This document shows positions 1-9,781 of a stretch of DNA of 64,000 bases, one piece after another (position 1 is the first letter of the stretch; every line of letters begins with the position of its first letter). The notes under the pieces are model-generated. The model saw only the letters and a list, made by a program, of their open reading frames with translations. It was not told the origin of the DNA and did no database searches. The translations under genes were made by a program, and so were the position numbers. This stretch comes from an uncultured Mycoplasmatota bacterium. Its GTDB lineage: Bacteria > Bacillota_I > Bacilli_A > RF39 > UBA660. The stretch spans positions 3,991 to 67,990 of the forward strand of contig CANRSQ010000001.1 in the NCBI GenBank assembly GCA_947642475.1, in the 5' to 3' direction.

Positions 1-703
1 TTATATTGGATGGTATTGTTACTGTATTTCCATTTCTATTACCATAAGAATTTAATTTTGTTTTATCTTCATTTCCATTACTATCTTTGTCATATATATA
101 GGCATTTTCACCTTCCATTAAATTTGATGTTGCAACTCCATCACCTAAGTTTTTGACGGTATTAGGTATTTTTATGGATTTTAGATTGTTATTGGTGAAA
201 GCTTCTTGTTCTATTGTTTCTAAGCCTTCATTGAGTTCTACTTCTTCTAACTGGGCATAACCAAAAGCTTGAAAGTTAATTGTTTTTAAACTACTTGGAA
301 AATTTATTTTTGTTAATTTACTTTGAAAAAAAGCTATAGAGCCAATATATGTAATAGTGTCTGGCAAAATGACAGTAGTAACATTTTTTCTTGTAAATGG
401 TCCTGTTGCTCCTGCGCCGAGACCTGTTCCATCGGCTAATGATGTTACTGTAAGTCCTTTTATGGTTTTTGGTATCTTTACTTTTTGACCACAGCTTTCA
501 TCGTAATTTGTGATTGCGGCAGTTCCGTCTCCATTATCACTTATTGTAAAACATTCTTCTTTTGTTACTACGACGTTTCCTTTGGCTGCTATATTTAGAT
601 TGGTACTGAAAGCAGCGTAGCCTACTGTTAAAATAAATAATAAGCTTAAACTAGCAAATATTATAAATTTTGTTTGTTTATTTTTTCTTCTTTTTCTTCG
701 CAT
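1..703 (-). CDS. Secreted leucine-rich-repeat (BspA-like LRR_5) protein, C-terminus runs off window start
   Basis: ATG at 703 with AGGTGG RBS upstream. Basic N-terminus followed by a hydrophobic signal peptide, then repeated ...KIPxTVKxLGxxAF... LRR-like units. The frame from 703 is not closed by the TAA at 1-3, so the CDS is partial. Confidence 0.5.
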   Translation of the reverse strand, partial: MRRKRRKNKQTKFIIFASLSLLFILTVGYAAFSTNLNIAAKGNVVVTKEECFTISDNGDGTAAITNYDESCGQKVKIPKTIKGLTVTSLADGTGLGAGATGPFTRKNVTTVILPDTITYIGSIAFFQSKLTKINFPSSLKTINFQAFGYAQLEEVELNEGLETIEQEAFTNNNLKSIKIPNTVKNLGDGVATSNLMEGENAYIYDKDSNGNEDKTKLNSYGNRNGNTVTIPSNI

Positions 704-819
704 ATTACCACCTATGATTAGTATTAATATCTATTTTATTCTTATTCATTATTATAATGTATTATCATTCATTTGGCAACAATAATATCATTATTCTTTT
801 CTACCATATACATCTTATC

Positions 820-838
820 AAAAAAAAAAAAAAAAAAA
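820..838. repeat. A19 homopolymeric tract in divergent intergenic/promoter region
   Basis: Direct count of 19 consecutive A (T19 on minus) between the LRR gene start (703) and thiI start (934). Confidence 0.9.
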
Positions 839-933
839 CAAGGTAATATTATTGCTAGATATACCTTATTTAATTTAGTGCTTTTTTATTTTGCTAAAAT
901 ATAGTATAATACGTTAAGAAATGAGGGAGTAAT

Positions 934-2100
934 ATGGACAAATTAATTTTAATTAAGTATGGCGAACTTACTACTAAAAAGGATAATCGTAAGTTTTTTA
1001 TTAATACTTTAGAAAAAAATATTAGGACTTTGATTGGTGATAATATTAAAATTACTAAAGACCGCGTTCGTATGTATATCGAGTGTGAGAATGTAGATGA
1101 AGTTGCTTTAAAACTTAAAAAGGTTTTTGGTATATATGGTATAGTTGTTTGTCATAAGGTAAATAATAACATTGAAGATGTTTTAAATAAATCTTTGGAA
1201 ATTATGGATAGTTCTTTGAAAACTTTTAAGGTGGTTACTAACCGTGCGGATAAGAGTTATCCTATTAGGTCTATGGAATTTAGTCGTAAATTAGGTGGGA
1301 TGATTCTTAAAAATACTGATTTTAAGGTTGATGTCCATAATCCTGATATTACTTTAACTGTGGAGATAAGAAACAATGGGACTTTTGTTTATGTAAATGA
1401 AATTAGAGGTGCGGGCGGATATCCGGTTGGAATTCAAGGTACTGGTTTATTAATGCTTAGTGGAGGTATTGATAGTCCAGTTGCTGGATATTTAACTTTA
1501 AAACGTGGTGTTAATATTGAATGTTTATATTTTGAATCACCACCTCATACAAGTGTGGAGGCTAAAAATAAAGTTTTAAAACTTGCTTCTATCCTTAATG
1601 AATATTCAGGACATGTTAAAGTTCATGTTGTACCTTTTACAGAAATTCAAGAAGAAATTTTTAAAAAATGTCCTGACACTTATATGATAACCATTATGAG
1701 ACGAATGATGTACCTGATTGCGGATAAATATTCAGAAAAAATTGGGGCAAAAATAATTGTTAATGGTGAAAGTATTGGACAAGTTGCTAGTCAAACTTTA
1801 AGTAGTATGGAGTGCATTAATAATGTAACTAATAAACCTGTTATTCGTCCAGTTGCTTGCCTTGATAAATTAGAAATTATTAATATTGCTGAAAAAATTG
1901 GAACTTATGAAACTAGTATTTTACCTTTTGAGGATTGCTGCACAATATTTGTTCCAAAGCATCCTGTTATTAATCCTGCTTTATCTAAATGTATTGAATA
2001 TGAAAAGGCTTTTGATTATGAAAAGTTAATAGATAAATGTATTGATGGTATCCAAGTTATTACTAATTTTGAAGATGATGATTTTTCTGATTTACTTTAA
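934..2100 (+). CDS. thiI: tRNA 4-thiouridine(8) synthase / thiamine biosynthesis protein ThiI
   Basis: THUMP-like N-terminus. PP-loop motif SGGIDSPVAGYL. Length 388 aa. Confidence 0.9.
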   Translation: MDKLILIKYGELTTKKDNRKFFINTLEKNIRTLIGDNIKITKDRVRMYIECENVDEVALKLKKVFGIYGIVVCHKVNNNIEDVLNKSLEIMDSSLKTFKVVTNRADKSYPIRSMEFSRKLGGMILKNTDFKVDVHNPDITLTVEIRNNGTFVYVNEIRGAGGYPVGIQGTGLLMLSGGIDSPVAGYLTLKRGVNIECLYFESPPHTSVEAKNKVLKLASILNEYSGHVKVHVVPFTEIQEEIFKKCPDTYMITIMRRMMYLIADKYSEKIGAKIIVNGESIGQVASQTLSSMECINNVTNKPVIRPVACLDKLEIINIAEKIGTYETSILPFEDCCTIFVPKHPVINPALSKCIEYEKAFDYEKLIDKCIDGIQVITNFEDDDFSDLL

Positions 2101-2175
2101 CAAAAATTTCCATTAAAAAAATCGTATTATTTTACCAAATGTACACAAGATATAAATGTACAGGAGGTGAAACGT

Positions 2176-2376
2176 ATGACAAATAGTAATAAAATCGTTG
2201 TTCCAGGTGCTAAACAAGCTATCGAACAAATGAAATATGAAATCGCTAACGAATTAGGCGTTAATATGGGTCCTGATGCTACTAGTAGAGCTAACGGTTC
2301 TGTAGGTGGAGAAATTACTAAAAGACTTGTACAAATGGGTCAACAACAATTAAGTGGTACTAAATATTCTAAATAA
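2176..2376 (+). CDS. Small acid-soluble spore protein, alpha/beta type
   Basis: [13 protein letters not shown] and [24 protein letters not shown] are SASP signatures. AGGAGGTG RBS sits 8 nt upstream of the ATG at 2176 (the ORF track gives an alternative GTG at 2167). Confidence 0.85.
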   Translation: MTNSNKIVVPGAKQAIEQMKYEIANELGVNMGPDATSRANGSVGGEITKRLVQMGQQQLSGTKYSK

Positions 2377-2396
2377 TTAGATTATTAGTTCATATA

Positions 2397-2430
2397 TAAA
2401 AATGCTAACGATATTTGTTAGCATTTTTTA
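2397..2430. terminator. Bidirectional rho-independent terminator between ssp and ezrA
   Basis: Stem AATGCTAAC / GTTAGCATT, loop GATATTT, flanked by A-run and T-run. Confidence 0.7.
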
Positions 2431-2445
2431 TTATTTGTGTCAAAA

Positions 2446-4167
2446 TTATTTGTCTTCTTCACTATAGAAATCTAATAGTTTTTCGTATATTCCTGGTTCT
2501 ACTTTATTTAGTGAATTTATTGTTAATTCTAAAGATTTTTTATATTCTCCTTTGTTGAATAAAACTTCACTATAATTTAAGTTTTTATCTAATTCTATTT
2601 CAGTTGATCTAAATCTATTTCCATAAACAATAGCCATTTCGGCAAACATTGCAGTTTTTACCATTTCTTTGGTTTTTCCAAAAAGTTTTAAAGCTAGATC
2701 TCTAGCGGTGTCAACTCTGGTATTTAATGTTTCTATTGTTAGTGGTTTTTTTTCTAATTCTTTTACTATTTCTTTGATTGCTTCACTTGCTTCTCTTAGT
2801 TCAATATAGTAACTATTAGGGATAACTGGTAAATTATAGTTTCTAATCTGACTTTTAGCATCTTTTAATAAAACATTTACTTCGTCTAATTGTTGTCTAG
2901 CTCTAACTTCATCATCGTGCATGCTACCGATAACATTGATTGATTTATCTAATTTTTCTTCAATTTCAGCTAGTTTTATAACTAAGATTTCTATTTCTTC
3001 TGTTAGTTTTGAATATGGGAATGTTTGATTACTGGTGTGTTTTTTTAATGTTTCGTAATCGTTATTTAATTCTTGTAATTCTTTTCTAACTTCTTCTAAT
3101 GAGGTTATATCTTCTTCTTTTAAATCGTACATTCTTTTTAAATCATCTAGTTGCTCAAAGATATCTTCGACTAATCTATTTGTTTTTTGTAGTTTATTTT
3201 TTAATGTTTTATCAGCCTCTTCGTATTCGGCTTTAATAATTTTTTCTTTTTCAAAGTCGGTAAATATTGATTCAAAGTATTCTGTTAATACTTTTAAATC
3301 GAAGACACTATCTTCTAAATCTAGGACTTTGGCTCTATCTAAAATATCTTTTATTTTGTTATTTGCTTCTTCGATGTTAAATTCTATATTTAGGTAATCT
3401 AATGGATAGCCTTGTTCGGTCATTTTTTCGTATATTGTTTTTATTTCTTCTATTTTTTTTGGAAGTATTCCTTCGGCAAGTAAGACTACTGCTGGCATTT
3501 CTTCTACTATTACTTCCATATGTTTAAGCATTTCTTCAACAGCACTAACGATTGTTCCAACTTCTTCGTATTGGTTTTTATCCATGATATTTTCAAAGTC
3601 TTCAAATCTTCTAGAGATGTTTTCAAATTGTAATTCTACTGATGGAGCAATGTCGCCAAATTCTGTTTTTGTATCGATAAATTTTTCATATAACTCACGA
3701 TATTTGCTTTTTAGTTTTGTTATCATGGCTCTACTACGCTCTTCGCTGGTTGTTAGTTCTTTTATTTCGTCTAATAGGAATTCTGTTTTTGTTCTTAGTT
3801 TATATATTTCCATTTCTAGTTTAGCAATTTTATACATTGCGCTTTTATAATCTGTTTGTGAAATTGAATATTCGGCTTCGATTAACATATCTGTTATTTT
3901 GGGTATTCTTGTGTCTTTTATATCTTCTAATCTTTCTTGCCAATCATTATACATTACTTCTAATTTTTCGTTTTTTAGATATGATTCTACTTTGGCAAGT
4001 TCTGGTCCAACTGGAGAAGATGCGATTTGATTTTTTTCATATTCTAAATCTGCTAGTATTTTTTTATATTTATTTCGTTTTTTACTTTTTGATATTTTTA
4101 ATATTATAAAAATTAGTATAATTACAATAATGCAGGCTGCAATGCCAACTATTATCATTTTATCCAT
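2446..4167 (-). CDS. ezrA: Septation ring formation regulator EzrA
   Basis: N-terminal TM helix followed by about 550 aa of coiled coil. Length 573 aa. Sits next to thiI/ssp as in Bacillus. Confidence 0.8.
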   Translation of the reverse strand: MDKMIIVGIAACIIVIILIFIILKISKSKKRNKYKKILADLEYEKNQIASSPVGPELAKVESYLKNEKLEVMYNDWQERLEDIKDTRIPKITDMLIEAEYSISQTDYKSAMYKIAKLEMEIYKLRTKTEFLLDEIKELTTSEERSRAMITKLKSKYRELYEKFIDTKTEFGDIAPSVELQFENISRRFEDFENIMDKNQYEEVGTIVSAVEEMLKHMEVIVEEMPAVVLLAEGILPKKIEEIKTIYEKMTEQGYPLDYLNIEFNIEEANNKIKDILDRAKVLDLEDSVFDLKVLTEYFESIFTDFEKEKIIKAEYEEADKTLKNKLQKTNRLVEDIFEQLDDLKRMYDLKEEDITSLEEVRKELQELNNDYETLKKHTSNQTFPYSKLTEEIEILVIKLAEIEEKLDKSINVIGSMHDDEVRARQQLDEVNVLLKDAKSQIRNYNLPVIPNSYYIELREASEAIKEIVKELEKKPLTIETLNTRVDTARDLALKLFGKTKEMVKTAMFAEMAIVYGNRFRSTEIELDKNLNYSEVLFNKGEYKKSLELTINSLNKVEPGIYEKLLDFYSEEDK

Positions 4168-4254
4168 ATTACCACCTATTATGATTTTAACATATTTTTG
4201 TAAAGTTTTGTATTCTTTTGTCTTATTTTTAGAAAAAATGCAAATTTTTATTAA

Positions 4255-4285
4255 AAGAAAACCTATAAAATAATATAGGTTTATA
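4255..4285 (-). terminator. Rho-independent terminator downstream of DUF1292 gene
   Basis: Stem AAACCTATA / TATAGGTTT followed by a T-rich tract on the minus strand. Confidence 0.55.
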
Positions 4286-4544
4286 GTTGACTATTAATAA
4301 GTATATCATCTAATATTTTATAAATGTCTTGCCATTCTTCATTAGTGGTTGGATAACCGATAAATGGCTCATCACTATTTTCATCATATAAAGCGGCGAA
4401 GACTTTTAATTTTCCTTCTTCGTCGTAACTATTATCGGTATAAACGATATAGTCTTTATTATTTTTTGGGTTATTAAAGGTTAAGATTACATCGTATTCT
4501 TTTTCTTCGCCGTTTTTATTTATAGCTTTTATTGTTTTTTTCAT
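4281..4544 (-). CDS. DUF1292 family protein
   Basis: 87 aa. C-terminal EEWQDIYKILDDIL-type motif typical of DUF1292. Confidence 0.6.
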   Translation of the reverse strand: MKKTIKAINKNGEEKEYDVILTFNNPKNNKDYIVYTDNSYDEEGKLKVFAALYDENSDEPFIGYPTTNEEWQDIYKILDDILINSQL

Positions 4545-5020
4545 TAGATTGTTCCTCTACTTTTTGTTTTTCCCAAACTTTCTTTCATTGTGGCGCTGAT
4601 TTTTTTCTTTTCTTCTTGAATTTGGGCCAATCTTTCGTCTATTGCTTGTTGGGCGATTATGAAATCTTCCATTTCTTTTTGTCTTTGGGCGTAAAGGGTA
4701 TCTGATAATTTATCTAATGCCATCCATCTTTCGTATTCGCTTTGTTCTTCGATGCTTAAGCTTATTTCTCCATTATTAGATGTATATACAGTAGCGCTTT
4801 CTATTTCTTCATCGCTTTTAATTATAATTCCGCCTGTTTTTTTGAAGGTTTTATCTTCTTTTTGGACGGCGTCATCTAACTCATCGATATCTAAAAGGCT
4901 ATTTAAAAAGGAACTTAGGTCTAGTCTTTCGTTTCGATTTACGTAGACATTATAAAAGCGGCCTCCTTTTTTGTTTTTGTCGTTTGGTACAAAGTATATA
5001 TTAACTTTTTTGGCTTCCAT
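4544..5020 (-). CDS. Hypothetical protein with C-terminal coiled coil
   Basis: 158-aa ORF, start overlapping the stop of the DUF1292 gene. No family recognised. Confidence 0.45.
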   Translation of the reverse strand: MEAKKVNIYFVPNDKNKKGGRFYNVYVNRNERLDLSSFLNSLLDIDELDDAVQKEDKTFKKTGGIIIKSDEEIESATVYTSNNGEISLSIEEQSEYERWMALDKLSDTLYAQRQKEMEDFIIAQQAIDERLAQIQEEKKKISATMKESLGKTKSRGTI

Positions 5021-5104
5021 TGTTTTTATACCTCCTTTTGTTTTGGATATAATTTTTCCTTTTTAATTATATCATATTTTTGACATTTTTTCAGCGTTTT
5101 GGTA

Positions 5105-5133
5105 TTGACTTATAAGGGAAAACATAATATAAT
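5105..5133 (+). promoter_or_regulatory. SigA-type promoter of rpsD (TTGACT-17-TATAAT) followed by about 150-nt leader
   Basis: Consensus hexamers read directly. The rpsD leader is the autoregulatory S4 binding region in Bacilli. Confidence 0.65.
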
Positions 5134-5291
5134 TAATAACAGCGTTAAAAAGCAGCGTTACTTTGAAAATTATAATGTGTTTATTTCCTTTAGGGATTAT
5201 TTGTAACTTTGGCTGCGAAGCGAAGATATTAATTTAATACACCCTATAATTTGGCAAGGTAACCTTCTTACGCTAAGAAGGAGGAGAAAAA

Positions 5292-5894
5292 ATGGCAAGA
5301 TATACTGGACCTATGTACAAAAAATCTAGAAGACTTGGATTTTCTGTATTAGAAAACGGTAAAGAATTAGCTAAAAAGCCTTATATTCCAGGTGAACATG
5401 GGCAAGATCGTAGAAAGAAACTTTCTAACTATGGTATTCAATTACAAGAAAAACAAAAAGTAAGATTCATGTATGGACTTAATGAAAAACAGTTTAAGAA
5501 AGTATTTGAAAAAGCTGGTAAAATGAAAGGTGTTCATGGTGAGAACTTCCTTAAATTACTAGAAAGTCGTTTAGACAACTTAGTTTATCGTATTGGTTTT
5601 TCTACTACTAGAAAAGGTGCGAGACAATTAGTTAACCACGGACATATTACTGTTAATGGTAAAAAAGTTGATATCCCTTCTTATACTGTTAAAGTTGGTG
5701 ACGTTATTAGTTTACCAGAAGGTGATAAAGAACTTGCAATTGTTAAATCTTCTTTAGAAGCTTTACAAAACAGAGTAGAATTCATTTCTTATGATGATAA
5801 GAAAATGGAAGGTACTTATGTTAGAATGCCAGAACGTAGTGAGTTAAATGCTGATGTTAATGAAGCATTAATTATTGAATTCTACAACAGATAA
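5292..5894 (+). CDS. rpsD: 30S ribosomal protein S4
   Basis: MARYTGPxxKxSRRLG N-terminus. S4 domain. 200 aa. Confidence 0.95.
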   Translation: MARYTGPMYKKSRRLGFSVLENGKELAKKPYIPGEHGQDRRKKLSNYGIQLQEKQKVRFMYGLNEKQFKKVFEKAGKMKGVHGENFLKLLESRLDNLVYRIGFSTTRKGARQLVNHGHITVNGKKVDIPSYTVKVGDVISLPEGDKELAIVKSSLEALQNRVEFISYDDKKMEGTYVRMPERSELNADVNEALIIEFYNR

Positions 5895-5920
5895 AATTGG
5901 AAATTTTTCCAATTTTTTTG
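5893..5920 (+). terminator. Rho-independent terminator after rpsD
   Basis: ATTGGAAA / TTTCCAAT hairpin followed by T7. Confidence 0.7.
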
Positions 5921-5986
5921 TTTGTTATTTATTTGATTTAAATTTGTTTTATTGATATAATACGTCCTAATTGAAGTGGTGATTTT

Positions 5987-6817
5987 ATGTTTGAAATAGA
6001 AGAATATGAAAGAATGCTTAGTAAAATGTATCGTAATAGGCAATTTTCTAGTATGTATGATTTATCTGGAAGTCTTTATACATATGAGTTTGTTTCTGAA
6101 AAAATAAGGATGATTTATGGACAATGTTTGATTTTAGATATGAAAAATGATTTAGCCTTGGATGTTTTTGAAAGATTATATGATGAAAATTATCTTAATT
6201 ATCATGTTTTGGCTGGTCTTCTTTATATTTGCTTTGAATCATATGATTATGAAGCTGCCCTATTTTATCTAAATAAATTAAAAGCGTATTGTAATAAGAC
6301 TCAATTATCAGAATTGGTTCCTATAGAAATTTATTTATATATGAGACTAAGATTAAGTACTAACTCAATTTGTAGAACTAAGTCGGCGTTTTATTTAAGA
6401 AATCAAATTAGGGATTATAGACAAGATAAGGCGATTAATTTTATTAGTTATAAAAACCGTTATAGTAGTGTTGGGTTTGAGAGTGATATTAATTTTGAAA
6501 ATTTATTTTATAATGCGCTTAATCATGTAGCTACTAATGAACGTGGTATTCAGTTTGATCCATTTCTTAAGAGTATCAGCTTATTTGATAAATATTATAT
6601 GGATATAAATGGAAGTTATTTAGGTGAATATCAGGAAATACCAGCTATTACTTATTCTGACTATCCTAAGGGATTACTAGACCAAGCTATATATACTTCA
6701 CCTTATCAATATGCAGAAATATCGACGTTACCATTTACTAATCATATATGTATGATTAAACCAGTTAATTCTGATAATAAAATTAAAAAATTGTCAAAAG
6801 AACAGAGGTCAAAATAA
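5987..6817 (+). CDS. Hypothetical protein
   Basis: 276-aa ORF in a consistent coding frame. No recognised domain. Aromatic-rich. Confidence 0.4.
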   Translation: MFEIEEYERMLSKMYRNRQFSSMYDLSGSLYTYEFVSEKIRMIYGQCLILDMKNDLALDVFERLYDENYLNYHVLAGLLYICFESYDYEAALFYLNKLKAYCNKTQLSELVPIEIYLYMRLRLSTNSICRTKSAFYLRNQIRDYRQDKAINFISYKNRYSSVGFESDINFENLFYNALNHVATNERGIQFDPFLKSISLFDKYYMDINGSYLGEYQEIPAITYSDYPKGLLDQAIYTSPYQYAEISTLPFTNHICMIKPVNSDNKIKKLSKEQRSK

Positions 6818-6848
6818 AAAATGCAGTTTAGTAAGCTGCATTTTTATC
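6817..6848. terminator. Bidirectional terminator
   Basis: AAAATGCAG / CTGCATTTT hairpin between convergent genes. Confidence 0.6.
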
Positions 6849-8493
6849 TAACTCCTCCACCAGAGGAGAAGCCACCTGAGCTTGATCCTCCCCCTGAGAA
6901 ACTACCACCACTGCTGGCAGCTGCTGCGGCATTTCTTGCGGATGAAATTGAATTTATGGTGAAGGTATTTATCCACACATAGTTGTTATAATAATTCATA
7001 TTTTCATTGTATTCTACTGGATGGAAGTCTTTAAATTGTTTAGCAACTTTGCCTGCAATTCCTAACATTTGGGCGAATATTAAATATTCATCCCATACAT
7101 GGACTTCAATGGCTTTCTTTTCTTCGATGATTGTCATATCTTCTAAGAATTTTTTTAGGCCTTTTAATTTTATAAATTCTTCGGCTAATTTTGAAGTTAG
7201 TTTATAAACTTTTCTAGTTTGACTTCCGGTAACGGTTTCTTCTGAAACTGTTATAAATCCATTTTCAATTAATTTATTTTTTGAAAATTCTTCAGCATTT
7301 TCTAACCATCTATTTATTTCGGTATAATGAGACCCACACCATTTTTTAAATTGTTTTGGGGTTAAATGTTTATTATTGTCGTCTGCGTTTAAGAGAATTC
7401 TTTGAAGTCCTTCTTCTACGCTGTTTTCGGCATTGGTTAGGTTAGTTAAATCTAAATAGTAATTATCGTTTTTATTAAAGTCTAATATTTCACCTTCGGT
7501 TGGCACCATTTTTATTTTATTTTCTTTTATCCATTTTAATAAGATAGCGCCCATAAGATTTTCGTCTTTCATTAATCCTTTTCTTTTACCAATAAAGTAA
7601 GCTAGTGTAATATCTTTATTAAATGGAATATCTCTAAAGTTATTTATTTCTTTAGGAATTATGAATTCTGTTTCATCATATCTATCTTGTGATTTAGCTA
7701 CAAATATCATGATTATAATTACAATGGTAGCTATGCCTCCGAAAATAATAAATGGTAAAATTGTATCTATAAAGCTTTCTTGTTCATTTAATTTAGCGCC
7801 TTCTAGGGCTTCATTTGCGACTTCTTCATAAGTTCCGGTTTTAGTTACCTTAGGGGTGAATGTCCCGTTTGGGAAACCTACTAAAGCTACTACATATTCA
7901 TCTGGATTCATTCGACCATTACTTTTAAAATTTATTTGTCCGTTTGTTATATTGTTTGTACTGTTGAATCCATATGAACTATATTTTATATCTGAGAATG
8001 GATTTGTTCCTTTTATTGTTAGGTTAAATGATTTTGGTGCGGGGTCCATATCTTTTGGCAAGAAAGTAAAATATAAAATTTGGTTATTATCATATTGCCA
8101 TACTAGATTTTGAATCGTATATTTTACGGTATAGGTATGCATTCCATATTCTATGCCCCAGCAAAGTTCTAGGCCGTCATCTATATAATGTATTCCATTT
8201 TTATATGCTTTTTGTGTTTTTGAGGCATCTATATTCCATGTTGTTTGAGGAATGTAGTTTCTACCATCCATTGAGACAGTAAAATCGGTTATTTTTCTAT
8301 CTTCCATATTTCCGAAGGTGTGGTAGCTTTCAGTTCCTTCATCAGCATCTAATTTCCATATTTCTGTGACATGTCCGTTTCCGTTTTGATCAATATTAAC
8401 GGTTGTATCGATACTTTCTATGGTGTTTGCTTTTACTTGTCCTAGTGATAAGAAGAACAAGAAACTAAAGAATATTAGATATATTTTTTTCAT
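6844..8493 (-). CDS. DUF2207-family membrane protein with Gly/Ser-rich C-terminal tail
   Basis: Signal peptide, central TM segment, and C-terminal ...SGGSFSGGGSSSGGFSSGGGVR tail typical of DUF2207. Confidence 0.65.
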   Translation of the reverse strand: MKKIYLIFFSFLFFLSLGQVKANTIESIDTTVNIDQNGNGHVTEIWKLDADEGTESYHTFGNMEDRKITDFTVSMDGRNYIPQTTWNIDASKTQKAYKNGIHYIDDGLELCWGIEYGMHTYTVKYTIQNLVWQYDNNQILYFTFLPKDMDPAPKSFNLTIKGTNPFSDIKYSSYGFNSTNNITNGQINFKSNGRMNPDEYVVALVGFPNGTFTPKVTKTGTYEEVANEALEGAKLNEQESFIDTILPFIIFGGIATIVIIIMIFVAKSQDRYDETEFIIPKEINNFRDIPFNKDITLAYFIGKRKGLMKDENLMGAILLKWIKENKIKMVPTEGEILDFNKNDNYYLDLTNLTNAENSVEEGLQRILLNADDNNKHLTPKQFKKWCGSHYTEINRWLENAEEFSKNKLIENGFITVSEETVTGSQTRKVYKLTSKLAEEFIKLKGLKKFLEDMTIIEEKKAIEVHVWDEYLIFAQMLGIAGKVAKQFKDFHPVEYNENMNYYNNYVWINTFTINSISSARNAAAAASSGGSFSGGGSSSGGFSSGGGVR

Positions 8494-8553
8494 TGTTTCC
8501 CCTACTTTCTAATTTTATTTTATCATATTTTTTTGTAAGAAAAAAGGTAAAGT

Positions 8554-9780
8554 TTATTTAACTTTACCAATAAAATATTTCTTTTTACCTCTTTTTACTA
8601 CTAAGATTTCATTATCAATTGTGATATCTTTAGTTATATTATAATTTTCATCGGTTATTTTTTCTTCGTTGATTGTTATACTTCCAGCATTTATGAATTC
8701 TCTTGCTTCTCTTTTGCTTGAGGCTATATTTGCTTCTACTAACATATCAACTATGTTTTTATTTTCTTCGGTTTCGAATGTAGGAACGCCTTTGAAAATG
8801 TCATTTATTTCGTCTTTTGTTAGTTCTTTTACTTTTCCACTGAATAAGGCTTCACTCATTTTTTGTGCTTTTTCAGCTTCTTCTTTTCCATGTAGGAAAG
8901 TAACTATTTCTGTGGCAAGTATTTTTTGAGCTTGTCTTAATTCTGGTTTTTCTTTATGTTCTTTTTCGATTTTTTCTATTTCTTCTTTGGTTAGGAAGGT
9001 AAATATTTTTAAGTAATCTATAACCATATCATCTTCTGAATTTAATAGGTATTGATAGATTTCATATGATGATGTTTTATTTTTATCAAGCCAGTAAGCG
9101 TTACCTTCACTTTTTCCGAATTTTTTACCGTTTTTATCGGTTACTAGTGGCATTGTAAATCCATAGGCTTCTTTACCTTCTTTTTTTCTAATTAAATCTA
9201 TTCCAGCGGTTATATTTCCCCATTGGTCAGATCCTGCACATTGCATGGTACAGTTTTTTGTTTGATAAAGGTGAAGAAAGTCTAGGGCTTGCATAATCAT
9301 GTAAGAAAATTCTGTATAGGTTATTCCAGTATCTAATCTTCTTCTTATGATATCTTTATCTAACATGTAGTTGATATTAAAGTATTTTCCATAGTCTCTT
9401 AAGAAATCTATAAAGTTTATGTCTTTACACCAATCGTAGTTATTAACAATTTCGAATCCGAAAAGATCTTGTACTTGTTTTTTTAGTGATTTAAAGTTTT
9501 GTTCTATTTGTTCTACTGGTTGCATTTGTCTTTCTTCGGTTGGTCTTGGATCACCTATTCTTCCTGTGGCTCCACCTATTAGTAATATTGGGTGGTGGCC
9601 TCCTTTTTCTAATCTTTTACTGATTAAAAAACTTGAAAGATGACCTAGATGAAGGCTGTCGGCAGTTGGGTCGGTTCCGATATAAAAGGTTAGACCACCG
9701 TTATTTATTTTTTCTTCTAGGTCTTCTCCGGCTTCATCTTTTATTAAACCACGCCATTTTAGTTCTTCATATAATGTCAT
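8554..9780 (-). CDS. tyrS: Tyrosine--tRNA ligase
   Basis: HLGHL (HIGH) and KFGKS (KMSKS) motifs. C-terminal S4 domain. Start assigned to the ATG at 9780 with a GAGGAGG RBS. The ORF track extends to 9831. Confidence 0.9.
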   Translation of the reverse strand: MTLYEELKWRGLIKDEAGEDLEEKINNGGLTFYIGTDPTADSLHLGHLSSFLISKRLEKGGHHPILLIGGATGRIGDPRPTEERQMQPVEQIEQNFKSLKKQVQDLFGFEIVNNYDWCKDINFIDFLRDYGKYFNINYMLDKDIIRRRLDTGITYTEFSYMIMQALDFLHLYQTKNCTMQCAGSDQWGNITAGIDLIRKKEGKEAYGFTMPLVTDKNGKKFGKSEGNAYWLDKNKTSSYEIYQYLLNSEDDMVIDYLKIFTFLTKEEIEKIEKEHKEKPELRQAQKILATEIVTFLHGKEEAEKAQKMSEALFSGKVKELTKDEINDIFKGVPTFETEENKNIVDMLVEANIASSKREAREFINAGSITINEEKITDENYNITKDITIDNEILVVKRGKKKYFIGKVK

Positions 9781-9781
9781 T

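Noticed and set aside
1-3. TAA at positions 1-3 as the stop of the first (LRR) gene
   Set aside because: It is not in frame with the ATG at 703, and the ORF track lists no closed ORF here. The gene is treated as running off the window.
3584-4109. ORF-track frames 3584..3850+ and 3837..4109+ antisense to ezrA
   Set aside because: They lie fully inside a well-supported gene on the opposite strand. They have low-complexity hydrophobic composition typical of AT-rich antisense frames, and no RBS.
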